From NCBI GenBank assembly GCA_051530055.1, contig CM121341.1:17648784-17712783 (forward strand): a stretch of DNA of 64,000 nucleotides, written 5' to 3'. The position numbers and the translations under genes were made by a program. Source of the stretch: Neoechinorhynchus agilis (lineage: Eukaryota > Animalia > Acanthocephala). Shown here in pieces: positions 61,543-64,000 of the stretch. Positions within the stretch are counted from its first letter, which is position 1. Every line of letters starts with the position of its first letter. A model generated the notes under the pieces. It was not told the DNA's origin. It saw nothing but the letters and a program-made list of their open reading frames with translations, and ran no database searches.

Positions 61543-63633
61543 TTATCCTCCGGTCGTAACGATTATCTTTTCGAAATTCCCAGTAACTTCATTTAAACTT
61601 CTACTTTTTGGCGAACATTTCGAATTCCGCGATGGATGAGAGTCGTTGATCAAAATCGCTGCAACCAGCAGAGCCAGTGAAGCTACACCGATTGTAATAA
61701 ATGCAACCGATACGATTACCGCAGTCAGACGACTATCTACGATATGCCTCGGCTGGACAGACATTGTTTCGTTGATATTGGCGATTACAGCCATTATTAT
61801 GGGTAATTCGTCTAATCTTAATGTAAATGTCATCTCCATGTAATCCATTTGTCTTCGTTGTAAATCACACTTTGAATCCACAAAGAAAGGACATTGTGTC
61901 GATTCACAGGTAACATTAGCGGTACATGGCAGTTGGGTGATTAATAATCGATCATCAATCGTCGATGAAAGGATGAGAATGGCCTCTGTTGCAGTTGATT
62001 TGTTTAGATGAGGGTAAGATATTGGAAGGTACGATTTGTACTCAATTTTAATTTCGATTTGATTTTCGCTGCACGCGATTCTCCGTGCATATCGATCATT
62101 GTTTAAAAACCAACAACTTGATTTTTTGCTTTCGACGTAATCGATAATCAAATGATCAAGCATTGCATTCGTCACGTCACTATCTAGTTGAGAACTCATA
62201 TAAACCTCAAAATTTATGAGCTGACTTAGGAGATGAGAATCGATGATTTGCACTTCGATTTGACACTTAGATGACAATTGAGGCGTTCCTCTATCTTTAG
62301 CGACGACAGTAAATACGAAATATGTTACATTCAATGAAATCCGTTCTTTTAATAGTTGAATTTGTCCATTTGATGACTTTACTTTCACGAAATCATGTTT
62401 ACAATAGACCTCATACTCTAATTCAGCATTTTCACCTTCATCGACGTCTACGGCATCGATCACCGGACTGAATTGATCTATCTCCGATCGATAAACACTG
62501 AAAACCCTCGAAGCGAATTCGAATGAGGGATGATTGTCATTCACATCATCAACGACCACGTTGAATTCGAGCTGTTTACAATGAAAAGGTTCATCATGCA
62601 CGGACACTAATATGTGGTGCTCTTTTAATACTTCTCTATCCAGAGGCTTTGTTAGCACAATCAAAAAAATAAATCGATTTTCAGTTTCGTGTAGGCCAAA
62701 CACATCACTTTGTATTTTTACGCCAATATTCTCTGGAATATCAGCATCCACTATTGTCACATTGAACAACACATTACCAACGGGAAAATCTTCTTTTACA
62801 TGAATCGTATCGTTTGAAATACTGGCATGGATTTGGGGTGAGTTATCGTTAACATTTAGAACGTTTATATTGATTGTACAGTAGCCATTGAAAGTGTAAC
62901 TACCAGGTCCGGAATCTGTGACCTTGACTACAAATTCAAAATGCCTCTGTGTTTCAAAGTCGAGTTGATTTATGAGGCGCAAGTATCCGTTTTGTGGATC
63001 AATTTCAAAGTACTCGTGTGAATCCATGTGGTATTTGATAGATTGAGTGCATTCATCATTGTCGATAGCAGTCACCTTGCCAATAATCGAGTTTATAGTT
63101 TGATTTTCACGAACAAAAATATTCACGTCCATACACTCAGGAGCGTTGTCGTTTACGTCCTTTACCGAAATATCAGCAATCACCGTAAACTCGTTAGCTA
63201 AAGTACACAATTCAATTGAGTATCGATCAACACCTTCTCGATCAAGTGATTTCGTTGTAATGAGTTGAAAGAGGTCGTACTGAAGTTGACAAAGTTGGAA
63301 ACTGTTTTCCATTTCGATGCAATCATTTTTTAGATAGCAAGGGAGGTCAGTAAGTAAAAGTTGAACGCCAGGGGAAAGTCCTTCAAACACTTCAAGGTTC
63401 ATGTGAAAAGTAACGAACTGCTCAGATGTGCCGTAATTTACTGTTTCCAATGTACATTGGCACCTGGGCGAGAAGAGTGTTTGATTTAGAGGGTTATGAT
63501 GATCGGAAGTGATTGAAAGTGCTGATTTGAGGAATCTTTCCACTGATGATCGCTGCGGTAATGATAGCTGACTGGTGACTGGAAGCATGAATGTGATTGT
63601 AAAGATTTCAAGCACAAGGCAGCATATTCTCAT
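61543..63633 (-). CDS. Protocadherin-like single-pass cadherin, single exon
   Basis: Signal peptide, repeated LDRE/LDFE and DVNDNxP motifs, DVDEGENA, AKDRGTPQLSS, TM segment LTAVIVSVAFITIGVASLALLVAAILI and a short tail. Confidence 0.9.
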   Translation of the reverse strand: MRICCLVLEIFTITFMLPVTSQLSLPQRSSVERFLKSALSITSDHHNPLNQTLFSPRCQCTLETVNYGTSEQFVTFHMNLEVFEGLSPGVQLLLTDLPCYLKNDCIEMENSFQLCQLQYDLFQLITTKSLDREGVDRYSIELCTLANEFTVIADISVKDVNDNAPECMDVNIFVRENQTINSIIGKVTAIDNDECTQSIKYHMDSHEYFEIDPQNGYLRLINQLDFETQRHFEFVVKVTDSGPGSYTFNGYCTININVLNVNDNSPQIHASISNDTIHVKEDFPVGNVLFNVTIVDADIPENIGVKIQSDVFGLHETENRFIFLIVLTKPLDREVLKEHHILVSVHDEPFHCKQLEFNVVVDDVNDNHPSFEFASRVFSVYRSEIDQFSPVIDAVDVDEGENAELEYEVYCKHDFVKVKSSNGQIQLLKERISLNVTYFVFTVVAKDRGTPQLSSKCQIEVQIIDSHLLSQLINFEVYMSSQLDSDVTNAMLDHLIIDYVESKKSSCWFLNNDRYARRIACSENQIEIKIEYKSYLPISYPHLNKSTATEAILILSSTIDDRLLITQLPCTANVTCESTQCPFFVDSKCDLQRRQMDYMEMTFTLRLDELPIIMAVIANINETMSVQPRHIVDSRLTAVIVSVAFITIGVASLALLVAAILINDSHPSRNSKCSPKSRSLNEVTGNFEKIIVTTGG

Positions 63634-64000
63634 GAAACCATCGAGTTTACGAAGTTCTAAAACGGAAGTTTTTAAACCAGGGCGAACCGAATATTGTGCA
63701 ATTGGGTTGCTGATGTGTTTAGCACTTTACTAAATTCAAACTGTCACCGTAGCCAATCTCAACTTATTTGTGTGTTTTGCATATTTTAATTGGCGGAGCG
63801 CGTAATCTTCTATGTATCATCAGAAATCATTAAGCAGATTGCCGTGCGTTGTTCCATAAAGCGGAACTATCGCCGTTCGACAACCTTCTTCGAGAGATTA
63901 CGAAGGACAAGACAGCAGATTCGTGGCATCAGACAAGATGTTTATACGTTTGAAATCAATCGCCTGGACTTACAGGTTCCCCAGCTGCGCTCTAAGGCAA

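Overview
Eukaryotic (animal) genomic DNA with a compact, AT-rich organisation and short (about 45-60 nt) introns; the organism cannot be identified from sequence alone. The first half is a 30.2-kb near-perfect palindrome: arms 2001-17129 and 17132-32226, with a 2-nt spacer CT at 17130-17131. It carries two head-to-head copies of an orphan multi-TM ORF and a divergent calcineurin A gene, plus a possible LRR membrane-protein gene and several LINE remnants. One remnant is a TSD-flanked RTE that begins at a twister-ribozyme-like site. Unique host genes are POLR1A (5' part), ABCC10-like, PPME1, CCDC12, a class A GPCR, a protocadherin-like gene and a 55-aa TM micropeptide ORF. PPME1 and ABCC10 are only 41 nt apart in an operon-like arrangement. 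The second half has a Penelope-like element with 1.1-kb inverted arms, each ending in a minimal hammerhead ribozyme. It also has several 150-200 bp fold-back mini-elements carrying hammerhead motifs, CRE-type and Ty3/gypsy remnants, a hAT fragment, a MITE and a 395-bp (TAT)n tract. All alignments were done by eye and no database searches were run.
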